The notes under the pieces: model-generated
Databases searched by the model: none
What the model was told of the DNA's origin: nothing
The model's input: only the letters and a program-made list of their open reading frames with translations
From: Eledone cirrhosa
Taxonomy: Eukaryota
Direction of reading: 5' to 3'
NCBI GenBank assembly: GCA_964016885.1
Contig: OZ024746.1
Location: forward strand, 31,496,001-31,560,000
Length of the DNA: 64,000 nt
In this document: one piece after another, positions 1 to 44,036 of the stretch
How positions within the stretch are numbered: the first letter of the stretch is position 1
Layout: each line of letters begins with the position of its first letter
Position numbers and translations under genes: made by a program

Positions 1-409
1 TCATTCCTTGTGTTAAGGCACGAGTTTAGATCCAGTGAAATTTTCCATATGAGCCCTCTCTCGGTGTTGCAGAGTCTATACTTCTTAGAACCATTGGTGT
101 AGGGCATATGCTTTTCTGCTATCCTTCAGCTGAAAGTTGTAACCAGCAGAGCCCTCTTTAAGCTTACATATGTGGCTGGAGAGCTTGGTAGTGTGTTTTT
201 TCTCCTGTTTATGGAACATTAATGCATGTTTGTTGTAGCGTTCTTTAAATTTTTGTTCTCTAAGACCAATGTAAAGTGAAGTAAAACGACCTTAGAAGGT
301 ATACACCAGTTTGCCATGTATTTTATACAATATACTATATTTACCTTTAAATATACTATATTTACATATTGAGGGCTCTCTCTTTAGTGATTACAACTAT
401 ACATTCAGG

Positions 410-411
<2 letters not shown>

Positions 412-456
<45 letters not shown>
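412..456. repeat. (TA)n(CA)n microsatellite
   Basis: Direct observation. Confidence 0.95.
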
Positions 457-565
457 TAAATACATATAAACAAAACTTCCTCATTTTTCTTATATACACT
501 CTGTCTGTGTATCGAGTGCTCATATTGGTACCACTACCAGTAATTCACTGAATCCCAAACTCCCT

Positions 566-630
566 CTGTGTGTGTGTGTCTGTGTCTGTGTCTGTGTCTG
601 TGTCCGTGTGTGTGTGTGTGTGTGTGTGTG
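566..630. repeat. (TG)n/(TGTGTC)n microsatellite
   Basis: Direct observation. Confidence 0.95.
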
Positions 631-1132
631 GGTGAACATGTGCATAGATATTGTGTGAATGAGCATTTATAAATAATGTTTTTATAAATATAAAGGATGC
701 AGATATAAGAGACATGACATGATTCAATCTTTGAAAGACTGGGATTGCCGAATGCACAAAAAAGTTTCATGTACACCGACATTGCACCATTGTTTATTTT
801 ATACACATACACCAGCACATGTGGTACACCAGCACATGTGGTGCAGCAGTACATGTGACATTGCAGTACACATGGCACAGCAGCACATGTGGCCCAGTAG
901 CACTGCAGCATGCATGTTTATGTGTGTGTGTTGAGGGATGTGGACATCATTCAAATGCTGATTGATGAACTACAGTAGCCATAAGAGTCTCCTATCCTGT
1001 GTGAGGGACACACAGACCGAACACCCTCACCCACCATGCAGGTTGGGTGGCACAGCTACATCAAGAAGCACTTTGAAATGATGAAGAAAAAATTTAAATA
1101 AAAGTAATAGCAACAATAATGAGGAGAATGGG

Positions 1133-30901
<29,769 letters not shown>

Positions 30902-30964
30902 AATGTTGCTCCGTTTATAACATCCTGGAAAAATTGAAGAAAATAAAATAAATAAATAATTACA

Positions 30965-31185
30965 AATGAGGAACGATCGACTTTCGTCAAATCAGACCGA
31001 GGGAACAGTGTTTCCATTGGTCTTTCCAATTGCTAATACTATCTATCGGTCGCAACTCCAGGTAGAAGGAGCAACGTGAAATAAAGTGTCTTGCTCAAGG
31101 ACATAACGCATCGCCTGGTCCAGGAATCGAACTCACAACCTTACGATTGCGAATCCAATTCTCTAACCACTCAGCCACACGCCTT
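30965..31185 (-). mobile_element. tRNA-derived SINE (family 1)
   Basis: Reverse complement of 6463-6660; ggaatcgaac B-box, taaccactcagcca A-box. Confidence 0.85.
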
Positions 31186-31327
31186 CACTCATAATTACAA
31201 ATAATAACCAACAAATAATGAGCTCTGAGTAGCAAACATATCTCCTATCACATCAGTAATGGAAGCACCAATGGAAATATACGTTTCTTTGATTCCATTT
31301 GAAGATTGCCACTTTTCTTTTTCTTTC

Positions 31328-31540
31328 AGCAGTAGTAGTAGCAGCAGTAGTAACAGTAGTAGTAGTAGCAGCAGCAGTAACAGTAGTAGCAACAGTAATA
31401 GCAGCAGTAAGTAGCAGCAGTAGTAGTAACAGTAGTAGTAATAGCATTAGTAACAGTAGTAGTAGTAGTAGCAGCAGTAACTGTAGCAGTAGCAACAGTA
31501 GTAGTAGGAGTAACAATAGTAGTAGTAGTAGTAGCAACAG
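31328..31540. repeat. (AGT/AGC)n trinucleotide repeat
   Basis: Direct observation. Confidence 0.95.
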
Positions 31541-32091
31541 CTGTAAATCTTTCCTGAAAAAGAGTGAGCTATGTTTTGGGATAAGCCAATGCTCAGGTGA
31601 TGTCACTCATGTGAACAGATTTACTGGACAGGTGATGTAATTCTCACTGAAACAACCATTAAGATTAATGTTTAATTATATCAATATGTATTTAAGTGAC
31701 ACCTCTGACAGGTGTAATGAAAGAGGGAGAGACATATCAACTCTACATATGACACTGACTCTTTCTTCACAAAGTAACTTGAAGAACAGATTTTACTACT
31801 TATGATATTGTCAACATGCCTGCCATTGTCAACATAAGGCTACAACTTTAAATGGGATGCAGTAATATTGCTTCTTTTATTTCCAAGAATCCCTTGCTTG
31901 TGTGGTTTTATGTGGTAGAGGACATTAAATGTCAAAGAAGAAACACTTCCTGTTTGACTTGGTATACCAAAAATCTTAAGTTAGAAATAAATATAATTAA
32001 TTGTAAATCCAATAGACGTGAATAAACATAACACAGTCTATGATGTGATATATTATATGAAAGTGCCAAGAAATCCCAGTAGAAAGAAGAC

Positions 32092-32267
32092 GCAGTAGAG
32101 GAAGACCACATAAATCATGGGCGGAGGTGGTGAGAGCTGACCTCAGATCACTGAAGCTCACGGAGGAGATAACGAAGGACTGTGACGAATGGAGAGATGC
32201 TGTGCTGAATAGGACCCGTCCCTACCCTTGCAAGCAGGGAAAAGCGAAAGTAAAATGATGATGATGA
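32092..32267 (+). mobile_element. Heavily 5'-truncated RTE LINE 3' end (different subfamily)
   Basis: RGRPHKSWAEVVRADLRSLKLTEEITKDCDEWRDAV then a (GAT)n tail. Confidence 0.75.
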
Positions 32268-33649
32268 ATTACACTTACACAGTAAACATGACAACAAAGT
32301 TTATATGTAACTACACTTTCTCAGTAAACAGGATAACACAGTTTATGTTGCTCTAGATTGGCTTTAATTTATTACACAGGCAGATAAAAATTCCTCATAA
32401 CTATCATCCACATGATTGGTCTGTCTGTTGGTCATACTACAAATGACCTTCTCCCTACCATGTGAGTAAAATAAAATGTGGGTTGGAGAAGGAGGAGAGG
32501 AAAAGAGAATAATGTTGAGAGATGTATCAACATTTAAGTTCCCACACCTGACAATATACCTCTTGACCCACACCTTGATCTCCTGTATGAGGTAACTATG
32601 AGCAATGTTAGAAACTTGTATCTTCTTTGTTCAATGACCACTTCATACTGTTTGTCAAGGTATTACAAGAACACTGTTCAAAAGAATAAGCAGTTTAACT
32701 TTTAAATGATTAGATGCTGAACTGTGCCTAAAAAATACATTCATGTCATGATTTTAGAAGCCACACATACTGCCTGATTTTAGCAATAGAATAATTCTAT
32801 AGAAAACAAATTCTAAGGGTTCTGATAAAAAAAAAAAAAATCAGTCTTTCCATTTGTATTGTTTATAGTATCATATTTTATACAAAATTTTCCCTGTTAC
32901 ATTTTCTGTATGAGAAGATACATTATGTATTTTTGGCTAATTAAATCAAGTTTAGGTTTTGTTTAGACATAAGTTCACTATGAAATCACGATTCTCACAT
33001 TGATCTGTTATGTTCTACTTTGAAATAATTATTCTCACTTTGAATTACAAATTTTGTAATTAAGCAAAATAGAAATTTATGTCTCATATAGTTATATAGA
33101 GCTACAGCTACTTATACCCCCCCCCCCCCCCACACACACACATATTTGACATGGGAAAGAATATTGATTGATTGAGTATTGGCATCAGTCCATAAAATTT
33201 GGAATAGAGAAGAATTGATTAATTGAGCCGAATACTTGCCTGGTATTTATTTTATTGACACTAGGTGGATAAAAGCCAAAGTTAACTGTGACAGGATTTG
33301 AACACAGAAGAAAATAAAGGTGATAATTAAATATAGCAAGGTATTTGTCCAGCAATCTATTGATTTTGAATCCTGGCAGAAATAATAACATTAACTCTTT
33401 TATTACCATATTTCTAATAAAAGTCACTGCCTATTATTGGCACAGCATTTTGAAAATAATCTAGAATTTAGAGAGATTTAGTTATATAACTAGGACAAGA
33501 CAACCTTTCTAATGCTGGTGCTATGATAAAATTCACCCAGTACACTCTGTAAACTAGTTGGAAAATAAAGTCAATGCAAAATACCTTTAACCTCAACAAA
33601 AATATGGCTACTTCTCTAGTGTTAGTTTCATGGTATGACTACCTCTCTA

Positions 33650-33985
33650 GTGTGAAGGTAAAATACCTGCACCCACTCTGTTCATCTACTTTTCTGTGCT
33701 GCTGACATATACCTTCCAAGACTTCGAAATTGGTGTATACTTGCAAATTAGAACCTCTGGAAAAGTCTTTAATCTAAGATGGTTTAACACCAAGTCCAAA
33801 ACATTTGGTATCCTTGTTAGGGAGTTCCTGTATGCTGATGATGCAGATTTTGTGGCACACATTGTAGAAGATATACAGTTGATATTGGAACCTTCTTCAA
33901 TGCATGCACTGTTTTGGGGCTAAATATTAGTATAAAAAAGACAAAGGTCTTGTACACTCCACCAATTGGGGAAGTGTATGTGTTG
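33650..33985 (+). pseudogene. Degenerate RTE/BovB-like RT fragment
   Basis: GVYLQIRTSGKVFNLRWFNTKSKT...VREFLYADDADFVAH. Confidence 0.75.
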
Positions 33986-34135
33986 GGTGGGCATGGCCTT
34001 TTCTTTTTTTTTTTCATTGCAGCATATGCAGAAAAGAATCTAAGTCCCTGGAAGGGCTAAATGGTCAGGTTCATGCCACTCATATATGAGAAGAAGGTCA
34101 AGGGATAGCAATTCTGAAACCTGAGACGCACCTAT

Positions 34136-34267
34136 TATGTATGTATGTATGTATGTGTGTGTGTGTGTATACTTGTCTGTTGATTTAACAGTGAACTTAA
34201 TGATATAAATATGTGTGCATGTGTGTATACATCCTCATCATCACTATGTCCACTTTCCTTGCTATAA

Positions 34268-34336
<69 letters not shown>

Positions 34337-34376
34337 CTTATCTGTTGATTTAACAGTGAAGCTGAGGTTAACATAA

Positions 34377-34471
<95 letters not shown>

Positions 34472-34615
34472 CTTATCTGTTGATTTAACAGTGAAGCTGA
34501 GGTTAACATAAATATATGTGTATGTGTGTGTGTAAGTATATAAGTGAGTGAGTATGCATGTCTTGTATGTGAGTTTGTATACTTATCTGTTGATTTAACA
34601 GTGGAGCTAATGATA
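34136..34615. repeat. Compound repeat: (TG)n tracts alternating with a conserved tatacttatctgttgatttaacagtgaagct spacer (4 units)
   Basis: Spacer at ~34168, 34333, 34468 and 34578. Confidence 0.9.
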
Positions 34616-34954
34616 ATCTAAATATTTGTATGTAAACCAATTAGTGATATTTAAAACTAGCTCGTTGTTGAAATATTTATTAACGCTGATTTTATTTGCT
34701 CATTAGAAAAACAAGTACAAAAAGAAAATCTGGCAGCAGATTAACAGTTTTAATACATCCAACTATAGAAACCACGCTCCGAATACACTCTGTAATGTGG
34801 TTGGTGTTAGGAAGAGTATCCAGTCATAGAAACCATGCTCCCAGTACACTCTGTAAAGTGGTTGGTGTTAAGAAGAGTATCCACTTTACAGTGTGGAATG
34901 GGCGTTCATTGTCAGGGCACCAAGATGACCACTTTATAGTGTGGATTGGGGACA

Positions 34955-35195
34955 GAAACCAGTAAAAGAGTATGATGCTCCAGCATGGCCACAGTATAAT
35001 GAGTGAAACCAGTAACAGTGTGAGGTGCTCCAGTATGGCCACAGTGAAACCAGTAAAAGTGTCAAATGTTCCAGTATGGCCATAGTGGAACCAGTAAAAG
35101 TGCGAGGTGCTCCAGTGTGGCTACAGTGAAACCAGTAAAAAGTGTGAGGTGCTCCAGTATGGCCACAATGAAACCAGTAAAATAAAAGAATAAAG
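34955..35195 (+). repeat. ~42-bp minisatellite from a SINE 3' end (gtgctccagtatggccacagtgaaaccagtaaaa)
   Basis: Five to six units ending in an A-rich tail. Confidence 0.8.
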
Positions 35196-35231
35196 GAATA
35201 ATAAATCATGTAGAAGAACAGTCATGAGAAA

Positions 35232-35470
35232 TAATTGTTTCTACTTTTGGCACAAGGCCAGCAATTATCTCAGTGCATTACTGGTATTTCATTTTATCAA
35301 CCCTGTAAGGGCAAAAGGCCAATGAAATTTCATCTGTCATTATTAGAATAATTTGACGAGGTTGACTTTGCCTTTCATCCTTACGGGGTCGATAAAATAA
35401 AGTACCAGTAATGCACTGGTTAATTGCTGGCCTTGTGCCTAAAGTAGAAACAATTATTAGAATAATTTGA
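35232..35470. mobile_element. Two head-to-head 5'-truncated family-2 SINEs; the + copy (35357-35452) has an 18-bp TSD
   Basis: attattagaataatttga at 35339-35356 and 35453-35470; arms are reverse-complementary. Confidence 0.88.
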
Positions 35471-36644
35471 GAAAGGCTAAAAGTATGTCTTTCACTAGAA
35501 AGTGTAATGAAAATGTACTTCTGTACTGAAATATTTTTATATGAATATTATAGCATGTAGACAGCTGTGTTGGTCTTGATCCCTAAAGTGTGAAGTGTTG
35601 TCAATTAACTCTTAAAATATTGTAAAGTTTTAATAGAACATATCTAAAAACAGCTTTGTTGATAGTACGTGTTTATAGTATCTTTACGAGTGAACAAATC
35701 ATTATGAAAATTTGTATCACATTAAAAAATTAAAGTAGTTGCTTTTTTTTATACAATGTCTTGTTAATGTGATTTCATGTGGTACAGGAATCTGAAACCT
35801 TTATATTGGTTCCACAATAAAATGTCCTCAGTCCACTCTATAAAATCGTAGGGTTGGTATCAATAAAATGTACTCAATCCACTCTGTATAGTGGTAGTGT
35901 TGGTCCCACAATAAAATGCACCCAGTCCACTCTGTAAAATGGTAGTGCCGATGTCATGAAAATGCACCTAGTAAAGTGGTTGGCATTAAGATGGTCATCT
36001 AGCTGTAGAAACCACACCAAATTCTAACGAGGAAGATGGATTGCTTTGAATTGTTTGGGTACTGACTGTGACATCCCTTCCAATCTGTCTGGTCTCAGGC
36101 TGTGACATCCTCTCCAGCCTGTCAGGTCTCAAACTGTGACATCAGATGTACAATATTCATTTTTCAATATTGATCCAGTTTGACATTTTCTCGACTGTAA
36201 ACTTTGAATATAATTAGCTAACACACTGCTTTTTAAGAAAATGCCCCCCCCCCCCACACACACACCCTAAAAAAAAAAAGAAAAATAGTAGCTGTAAAAG
36301 TAAATAATAGCTGTCAGTTTTCATTGATATGTATTATTGAGGAAATTTCTTTGGTTTATTAGCTGTAAAAGTAAATAATAGCTGTCAGCTTTAATTGATA
36401 TGTATTATTGAGTCAATAATAAAATATTGTTTTCACAACACAGATGTTCAAACTTTCTTTATTGGAAGAATTGTGAAACTTCACAAATATTAATATTCAT
36501 CAGAACATGTGCACACATAATGTAACATGGCTGGACCCTTGAAATACATGTTCAAAATATACACACATGTATGTATGTTACATGGTCTCAGTTTTCAAAA
36601 TTTCCTATTACTTAATGAGATGATAAAGGGTAGGTGGTTGAGTT

Positions 36645-37010
36645 AAACTGAGTGTACTCTGTTAAAGGTACCCAAGGACCATGTGGTGGTGTTATACAGA
36701 GTGGACTCTGCTAAAGGTTCCCAAGGACCATGTGGTGGTGTTATACAGAGTGGACTCTGCTAAAGGTACCCAAGGACCATGTGGTGGTGTTATACAGAGT
36801 GGACTCTGCTAAAGGTTCCCAAGGACCATGTGGTGGTGTTATACAGAGTGTACTCTGCTAAAGGTACCTAAGGACCAGATGGCGGTGTTATGCAGAGTGG
36901 ACTTTGTTAAAGGTAACCAAGGATCAGGTAGTGGCAGTGGTGTTAAACAAAGAGGACTCTGCTAAAGCTAGCCAAAGATCAGGTGGTGGCGGTGGCGTCA
37001 TACAGAGTGG
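36645..37010. repeat. 49-bp minisatellite (CCAAGGACCATGTGGTGGTGTTATACAGAGTGGACTCTGCTAAAGGT[A/T]C)
   Basis: About 7 units, degenerating at the 3' end. Confidence 0.93.
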
Positions 37011-38786
37011 AAGTTACTCCAGTTGCCAACCTCATACCAAAGTTCCCAAATGTCTACGTCTACCTTGTCATGGATCTTGAATCTGGCGTTTGAATATAAG
37101 CTGCCCCTGTGAGATACCTGGTTTGCAATTATCAATTCCACACGAAACAAACTAGACATAAGCAGGCATCACCATGCATACCTTCCTGGTTGTGAAGGTT
37201 CCCCTCATGTTTATATATATAACCAACCACCCGTAAAATAATTTTTTAAACTATTACACTCGTCTCAGAGACGGGTGTAATTGTAAAAATCTCCCCAGAT
37301 TTATTTGGTGAACAGAAATAAGTGTCGAATTTACAGTTGCTAAGAGTCGCACTAGAAAATTACTCTACATTGGTTCCAGTTCTCTGCGTTCTGAGTTTAA
37401 ATCACACCAGGTTTGATAAATAAAGTACTAGTCTAGGAAGATTTAAAAGCCGGACAGGATACATACGGTATCTGATCCGGCTGTGTGTATGTTCCGAGTT
37501 CAAATCTCGCTTCCTGTTACCACGAATTGTGACAGGCAGATAGTATCAGAAATGGAAAGAAAGAACAACGGAATCATAGCTTCCTGGGTCAGATCTTCCG
37601 ATCAGCTTCTTTTAAAGAAATAGCAGCACCACACTGAAAGACAGCAGCGAAATTTAACAGAAATTATAGTCTTTGACTGCTAAAAAGCCACAAATATAGC
37701 AAAAGAAGGAAACACACTTGGTGACATTTATGCTTTTCCCAAGGGCATTTAGTGGCAAGAATTATTAGGACTAAAACTTTATCACACGAAAGACTCGATT
37801 TGTAAGGGTAGTAGACATACTCGATTATTTTCACTTTTGTTACTTATATATATTGTTTTCCTACTTAGATAGTATAAATGTGCAGTAGTTTGGTAAAGCT
37901 GTAGTTCGTGCAATGTTGAATTCACACGGAACCAACCAACAAAAATTACCATAAAAATATTAATAATTGGTGATATTAAAGTTAAAATTTAAGGCTTTCG
38001 AGATACTCAACGAGCTTGACTTTAGTAATTACCCAAATACATTTTTGTGACATACAACGTGAAAAAAGTCTCTTCAGCTTTTTCCTCTTCGTTCTTATCC
38101 AAATCTTTTTTTTTATAATTTGTGTATTCTATTACCTTTGGGAAATTTTTATCTCGTGGATCACCGAACCACACCCCAAAATACAGCATATTAAATTTGA
38201 TGCAAGCTTTAAAATAATTACTTTTAATGCACAATTAAAATAATTACTTTTTATGCAACATTTCCACACTAACCATCAATATTAAATAAAAATGATAAAT
38301 CTTGCTACATTCCGGTAGCTGGTTATTTTAAGTCACCGAACCTCAACATCACCTTAAGACCGGGCGAGGAGATTTGAACTGTTAACAATGGAACAATAAC
38401 CTCATATCATATTGTTAAACTATCCTTATTAATATGTTGGCATTAACATTTATTTCTGAATTCTAACTTTTTTTTATTTACACACAAAGTCCTAACATTT
38501 TAGGAGATAAGAAGCGTGCAAAAAATGTTTAGTTACGTAAGTGAAGTGGATTCAAACCGGGAATTCTTTATAAGAAGAGCTTGTAAAACTATAATTATGT
38601 TCTTTTTATCATAACCATTGTAAATTATAAGGACTGAAAACCACGAGATTTTGTGACATTCTAACCAGTTACCACTCGTAAGTGAAAGTGGTTCTGATTA
38701 CGACGGAAAACTTAGTCGTGATCACTCGATTTCCTACTCCTAACCATTTACAAAACATCGCCCCCCCCCCCTTTTCTCTCTCTCTC

Positions 38787-38827
<41 letters not shown>

Positions 38828-39599
38828 CACACACACACATAATAGGCTTTATAACAATTCTTAATTAAAAAAAAGAGATTTGTAATAACAAAGGTTAATT
38901 AATATCTGTGTCTATATAGGTGTATATATATAGAAGTGTATATAGGTATCTATATTGATGTGTATATATAGATGTGTATCTATGTGTATTAAAAAAAACC
39001 CCTTGTAAGTCATCACCAAGGTATTGTTTTTTATGTAGTTATTCAGTGCCAGGTAAGCTCTGATCTAACAGACTTATGGATCAAAAGGATTTTATTCATG
39101 GCCATCCCATCGTATATTTAGACATACTATAATTTAGGACCACATTATCTAACATGTCCTTAAAAAAATAAATAGTAGGGTGTTTTGAGCAAAAGTTGGC
39201 TGCTATTTCTAGCAAATTTAGTGACGACGAACAGGTATGGAATCCCTTATCAGCTGGTGTGGGTTATGTAGTGGGTTAATATATTTTAACAGCATTTAAC
39301 TAAAATAAGACTATAAAACAAGACAATAGACATACACACACATGCGACAACGGATAAATAGTGCGCGGGTACGTTTTGTATGGTCATGATTGTTTGAAAG
39401 AGATAGAAATTAGCGTACTTAACTGATTAAATTTTGCGTGAGTTTTCTCGTGAAATTATAGTCAGTAAGTCGACACATATATCAACTTACAATATCCAAG
39501 TAAACCATTATTCACTGCTTCAAATATACATATACTAACATCCACATCCGTTTTTACTACTAAACAGTGGCTTTTCACTGACTTATATATCTGTATGGG

Positions 39600-40470
39600 T
39601 GATTGGCGGGTTGTGTGTGTGGGTGTGTGTGTGTGTAATATTGGCTGGCTGGATGATTGATGAGCTCGTTGGATGGTTTTGAGCTCGTTGGATGGTTGTG
39701 AGCTCGTTGGATGGTTAGAAGGCTGAATGGTTAGATGGTTTGTAATGTTGGCTAGCTGGCTGGTTGAATGGTTGATGCGTGTAATGTTGGGTGGTTGGAT
39801 GGGTGAATGGTTAGATGGATGGTTGGTATGTGTATTGTTGGCTGATTGGGTGAATGGTTGGTTGGATAGCAGGTGTGTGTAATGTTGGCTGTCTGGCTGG
39901 TTGGGTGAATGGTTGGATGGTTGGGTGGATGACTGGTGTGTGTAATGTTGGCTGACTAGCTGGTTGGCTGTCTGACTGTTTGGATGAGTGGCTGGGTGGT
40001 TGGATGGTTGGCTGGATGGCTGGTATGTGTAATGTCAGCTGACTGGTTGACTATCTGGCTGTTTGGATGGGTGGTTGGATGGTTGGCTGGATGCTGGTGT
40101 GTGTAATGTCAGCTGACTGGCTGGCTGGTTTGTGTAATTTTGGCTGGCTGGCTGATTGGATGGATGGTTGGATGGCTGGTGTGTATAATGCTGGCTGACT
40201 GGTTGATTAGATGGTTAGATAGTTGAATAGTTGGATGGTTAGATGGTTAGATAGTTGAATAGTTTGATGGTTAAATAGTTCGATAGTCGAATAGTTAGAT
40301 GGTTAGATAGTTGAATAGTTGGATGGTTAAATAGTTAGATAGTCGAATAGTTGGATGGTTAGATGGTTGAATAGTTGGATGGTTAAATAGTTAGATAGTT
40401 GAATAGTTGGATGGTTAGATGGTTAGAATCGTTGGTTAAAAGGTTGGTGGTAATATTGGCTAGTTAGAAG
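39600..40470. repeat. Degenerate GGTT/GGAT/GGCT-rich proto-satellite
   Basis: Irregular gtgtgtaatgttggctgg units and (gatggtta/gatagttg) octamers grading into the main array. Confidence 0.85.
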
Positions 40471-40806
40471 GTTGGTGTGTATAATGTTAGATAGTTGGCT
40501 GGTTGAATTGTTGGATGGTTGGATGGTTGGTGTGTATAATGTTAGATAGTTGGCTGGTTGGATTGTTGGATGGTTAGATGGCTGCTGTGTATAATATTAG
40601 ATAGTTGACTGGCTGGGTGGTTGGATGGTTGGATGGTTGGTGTGGATAATGTTAGATAGTTGGTTTGATGGTTGGATGGTTAGCTGGCTGGTGTGTATAA
40701 TATTAGATAGTTGACTGGCTGGCTGGTTGGATGGTCGGATGGTTAGCTGGTTGGTGTGTATAATGTTAGATAGTTGGCTGGATGGTTAGATGGTTGGTGT
40801 ATATAA

Positions 40807-40967
40807 TTGTTTCTATTTTAGGCACAAGGCCAGCAATTACCCAGTGCATTACAGGTACTTTATTTTATCGACCCCCGTAAGGATGAAAGGCAAAGTTAAC
40901 CTCGGCGGGATTTGAACTCAGAATGGCAAGGGCCGTAACTCTATGCGTCAAAGCATAGCGTCGGACT
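40807..40967 (-). mobile_element. Family-2 SINE inserted in the satellite (slightly 5'-truncated)
   Basis: Homologous to 28080-28287 and 43860-44036. Confidence 0.9.
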
Positions 40968-43859
40968 ATAGTTGGCCAGATGGTGAATGGTTGGATGGTT
41001 AGCTGGTTGGTGTGTATAATGTTAGATAGTTGGCTGGCTGGGTGGATGGTTGGATGGTTAGCTGGTTGGTGTGTATAATGTTAGATAGTTGGCTGGCTGG
41101 GTGGTTGGATGGTTAGATGGTTGGTGTGTGTATAATGTTAGATAGTTGGCTGGCTGGATGGTTGGATGGTTAGCTGGTTGGTGTGTATAATGTTAGATAG
41201 TTGGCTGGCTGGATGGTTGGATGGTTAGCTGGTTGGTGTGTATAATGTTAGATAGTTGGCTGGCTGGGTGGTTGGATGGTTGGATGGTTAGATGGTTGGT
41301 GTGTATAATGTTAGATAGTTGGCTGGCTGGGTGGTTGGATGGTTAGATGGTTGATGTGTATAATGTTAGATAGTTGGCTGGCTGGGTGGTTGGATGGTTA
41401 GATGGTTGGTGTGTATAATGTTAGATAGTTGGCTGGCTGGGTAGTTGGATGGTTGGATGGTTAGATGGTTGGTGTGTATAATGTTAGATAGTTGGCTGGC
41501 TGGGTGGTTGGATGGTTAGATGGTTAGCTGGTTGGTGTGTATAATGTTAGATAGTTGGCTGGCTGGATGGTTGGATGGTTAGATGGTTGGTGTGTATAAT
41601 GTTAGATAGTTGGCTGGCTGGATGGTTGGATGGTTGGATGGTTAGATGGTTGGTGTGTATAATGTTAGATAGTTGGCTGGCTGGGTGGTTGGATGGTTAG
41701 ATGGTTAGCTGGTTGGTGTGTATAATGTTAGATAGTTGGCTGGCTGGCTGGTCGGATGGTTAGATGGTTGGTGTGTATAATGTTAGATAGTTGGCTGGCT
41801 GGGTGGTTGGATGGTTGGATGGTTAGATGGTTGGTGTGTATAATGTTAGATAGTTGGCTGGCTGGCTGGTTGGATGGTTGGATGGTTAGATGGTTGGTGT
41901 GTATAATGTTAGATAGTTGGCTGGCTGGGTGGTTGGATGGTTATATGGTTAGATGGTTGGTGTGTATAATGTTAGATAGTTGGCTGGCTGGGTGGTTGGA
42001 TGGTTAGATGGTTGGTGTGTATAATGTTAGATAGTTGGCTGGCTGGATGGTTGGATGGTTATATGGTTAGCTGGTTGGTGTGTATAATGTTAGATAGTTG
42101 GCTGGCTGGATGGTTGCATGGTTGGATGGTTAGATGGTTGGTGTGTATAATGTTAGATAGTTGGCTGGCTGGATGGTTGGATGGTTATATGGTTAGCTGG
42201 TTGGTGTGTATAATGTTAGATAGTTGGCTGGCTGGATGGTTGCATGGTTGGATGGTTAGATGGTTGGTGTGTATAATGTTAGATAGTTGGCTGGCTGGAT
42301 GGTTGGATGGTTATATGGTTAGCTGGTTGGTGTGTATAATGTTAGATAGTTGGCTGGCTGGATGGTTGCATGGTTGAATGGTTAGATGGTTGGTGTGTAT
42401 AATGTTAGATAGTTGGCTGGCTGGATGGTTGGATGGTTAGATGGTTGGTGTGTATAATGTTAGATAGTTGGCTGGCTGGGTGGTTGGATGGTTGGATGGT
42501 TAGATGGTTGGTGTGTATAATGTTAGATAGTTGGCTGGCTGGGTGGTTGGATGGTTGGATGGTTAGATGGTTGGTGTGTATAATGTTAGATAGTTGGCTG
42601 GCTGGATGGTTGGATGGTTAGATGGTTGGTGTGTATAATGTTAGATAGTTGGCTGGCTGGGTGGTTGGATGGTTGGATGGTTAGATGGTTGGTGTGTATA
42701 ATGTTAGATAGTTGGCTGGCTGGGTGGTTGGATGGTTGGATGGTTAGATGGTTGGTGTGTATAATGTTAGATAGTTGGCTGGCTGGGTGGTTGGATGGTT
42801 AGATGGTTGGTGTGTATAATGTTAGATAGTTGGCTGGCTGGGTGGTTGGATGGTTGGATGGTTACATGGTTGGTGTGTATAATGTTAGATAGTTGGCTGG
42901 CTGGATGGTTGGATGGTTATATGGTTAGCTGGTTGGTGTGTATAATGTTAGATAGTTGGCTGGCTGGATGGTTGCATGGTTGAATGGTTAGATGGTTGGT
43001 GTGTATAATGTTAGATAGTTGGCTGGCTGGGTGGTTGGATGGTTGGCTGGCTGGATGGTTGGATGGTTTGATGGTTGGTGTGTATAATGTTAGATAGTTG
43101 GCTGGCTGGCTGGTCGGATGGTTAGATGGTTGGTGTGTATAATGTTAGATAGTTGGCTGGCTGGGTGGTTGGATGGTTGGATGGTTAGATGGTTGGTGTG
43201 TATAATGTTAGATAGTTGGCTGGCTGGGAGGTTGGATGGTTAGATGGTTGGTGTGTATAATGTTAGATAGTTGGCTGGCTGGGTGGTTGGATGGTTGGAT
43301 GGTTAGATGGTTGGTGTGTATAATGTTAGATAGTTGGCTGGCTGGATGGTTGGATGGTTGGATGGTTAGATGGTTGGTGTGTATAATGTTAGCTAGTTGG
43401 CTGGCTGGGTGGTTGGATGGTTGGATGGTTAGATGGTTGGTGTGTATAATGTTAGATAGTTGGCTGGCTGGGTGGTTGGATGGTTGGATGGTTAGATGGT
43501 TGGTGTGTATAATGCTAGATAGTTTGCTGGCTGGATGGTTGGATGGTTGGATGGTTAGATGGTTGGTGTGTATAATGTTAGATAGTTGGCTGGCTGGGTG
43601 GTTGGATGGTTAGATGGTTGGTGTGTATAATGTTAGATAGTTGGCTGGCTGGATGGTTGGATGGTTAGCTGGTTGGTGTGTATAATGTTAGATAGTTGGC
43701 TGGCTGGGTGGTTGGATGGTTGGATGGTTAGATGGTTGGTGTGTATAATGTTAGATAGTTGGCTGGCTGGGTGGTTGGATGGTTAGATGGTTGATGTGTA
43801 TAATGTTAGATAGTTGGCTGGCTGGGTGGTTGGATGGTTAGATGGTTGGTGTGTATAAT

Positions 43860-44036
43860 TGTTTCTACTATTGGCACAAGGCCAGAAATTACCCAGTACA
43901 TTACTGGTACTTTATTTTATCGACCCCGTAAGGATGAAAGGCAAAGTTAACCTCGGCGGGATTTGAACTCAGAATAGCAAGGGCCGTAACTCTATGCATC
44001 AAAGCATGGCGTCCGACCCTCTACCGATACTGCCAA
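43860..44036 (-). mobile_element. Near full-length family-2 SINE inserted in the satellite with a TATAAT target duplication
   Basis: gtg-tataat-[SINE]-tataat-gttagata; A and B boxes intact. Confidence 0.92.

Noticed and set aside
31195-31392. Possible extra exon (KWQSSNGIKETYISIGASITDVIGDMF)
   Set aside because: No convincing acceptor or donor, and the gene model is complete without it
37600-39560. Unique, mildly CpG-containing region as promoter or first exon
   Set aside because: Plausible, but no element can be supported from sequence alone
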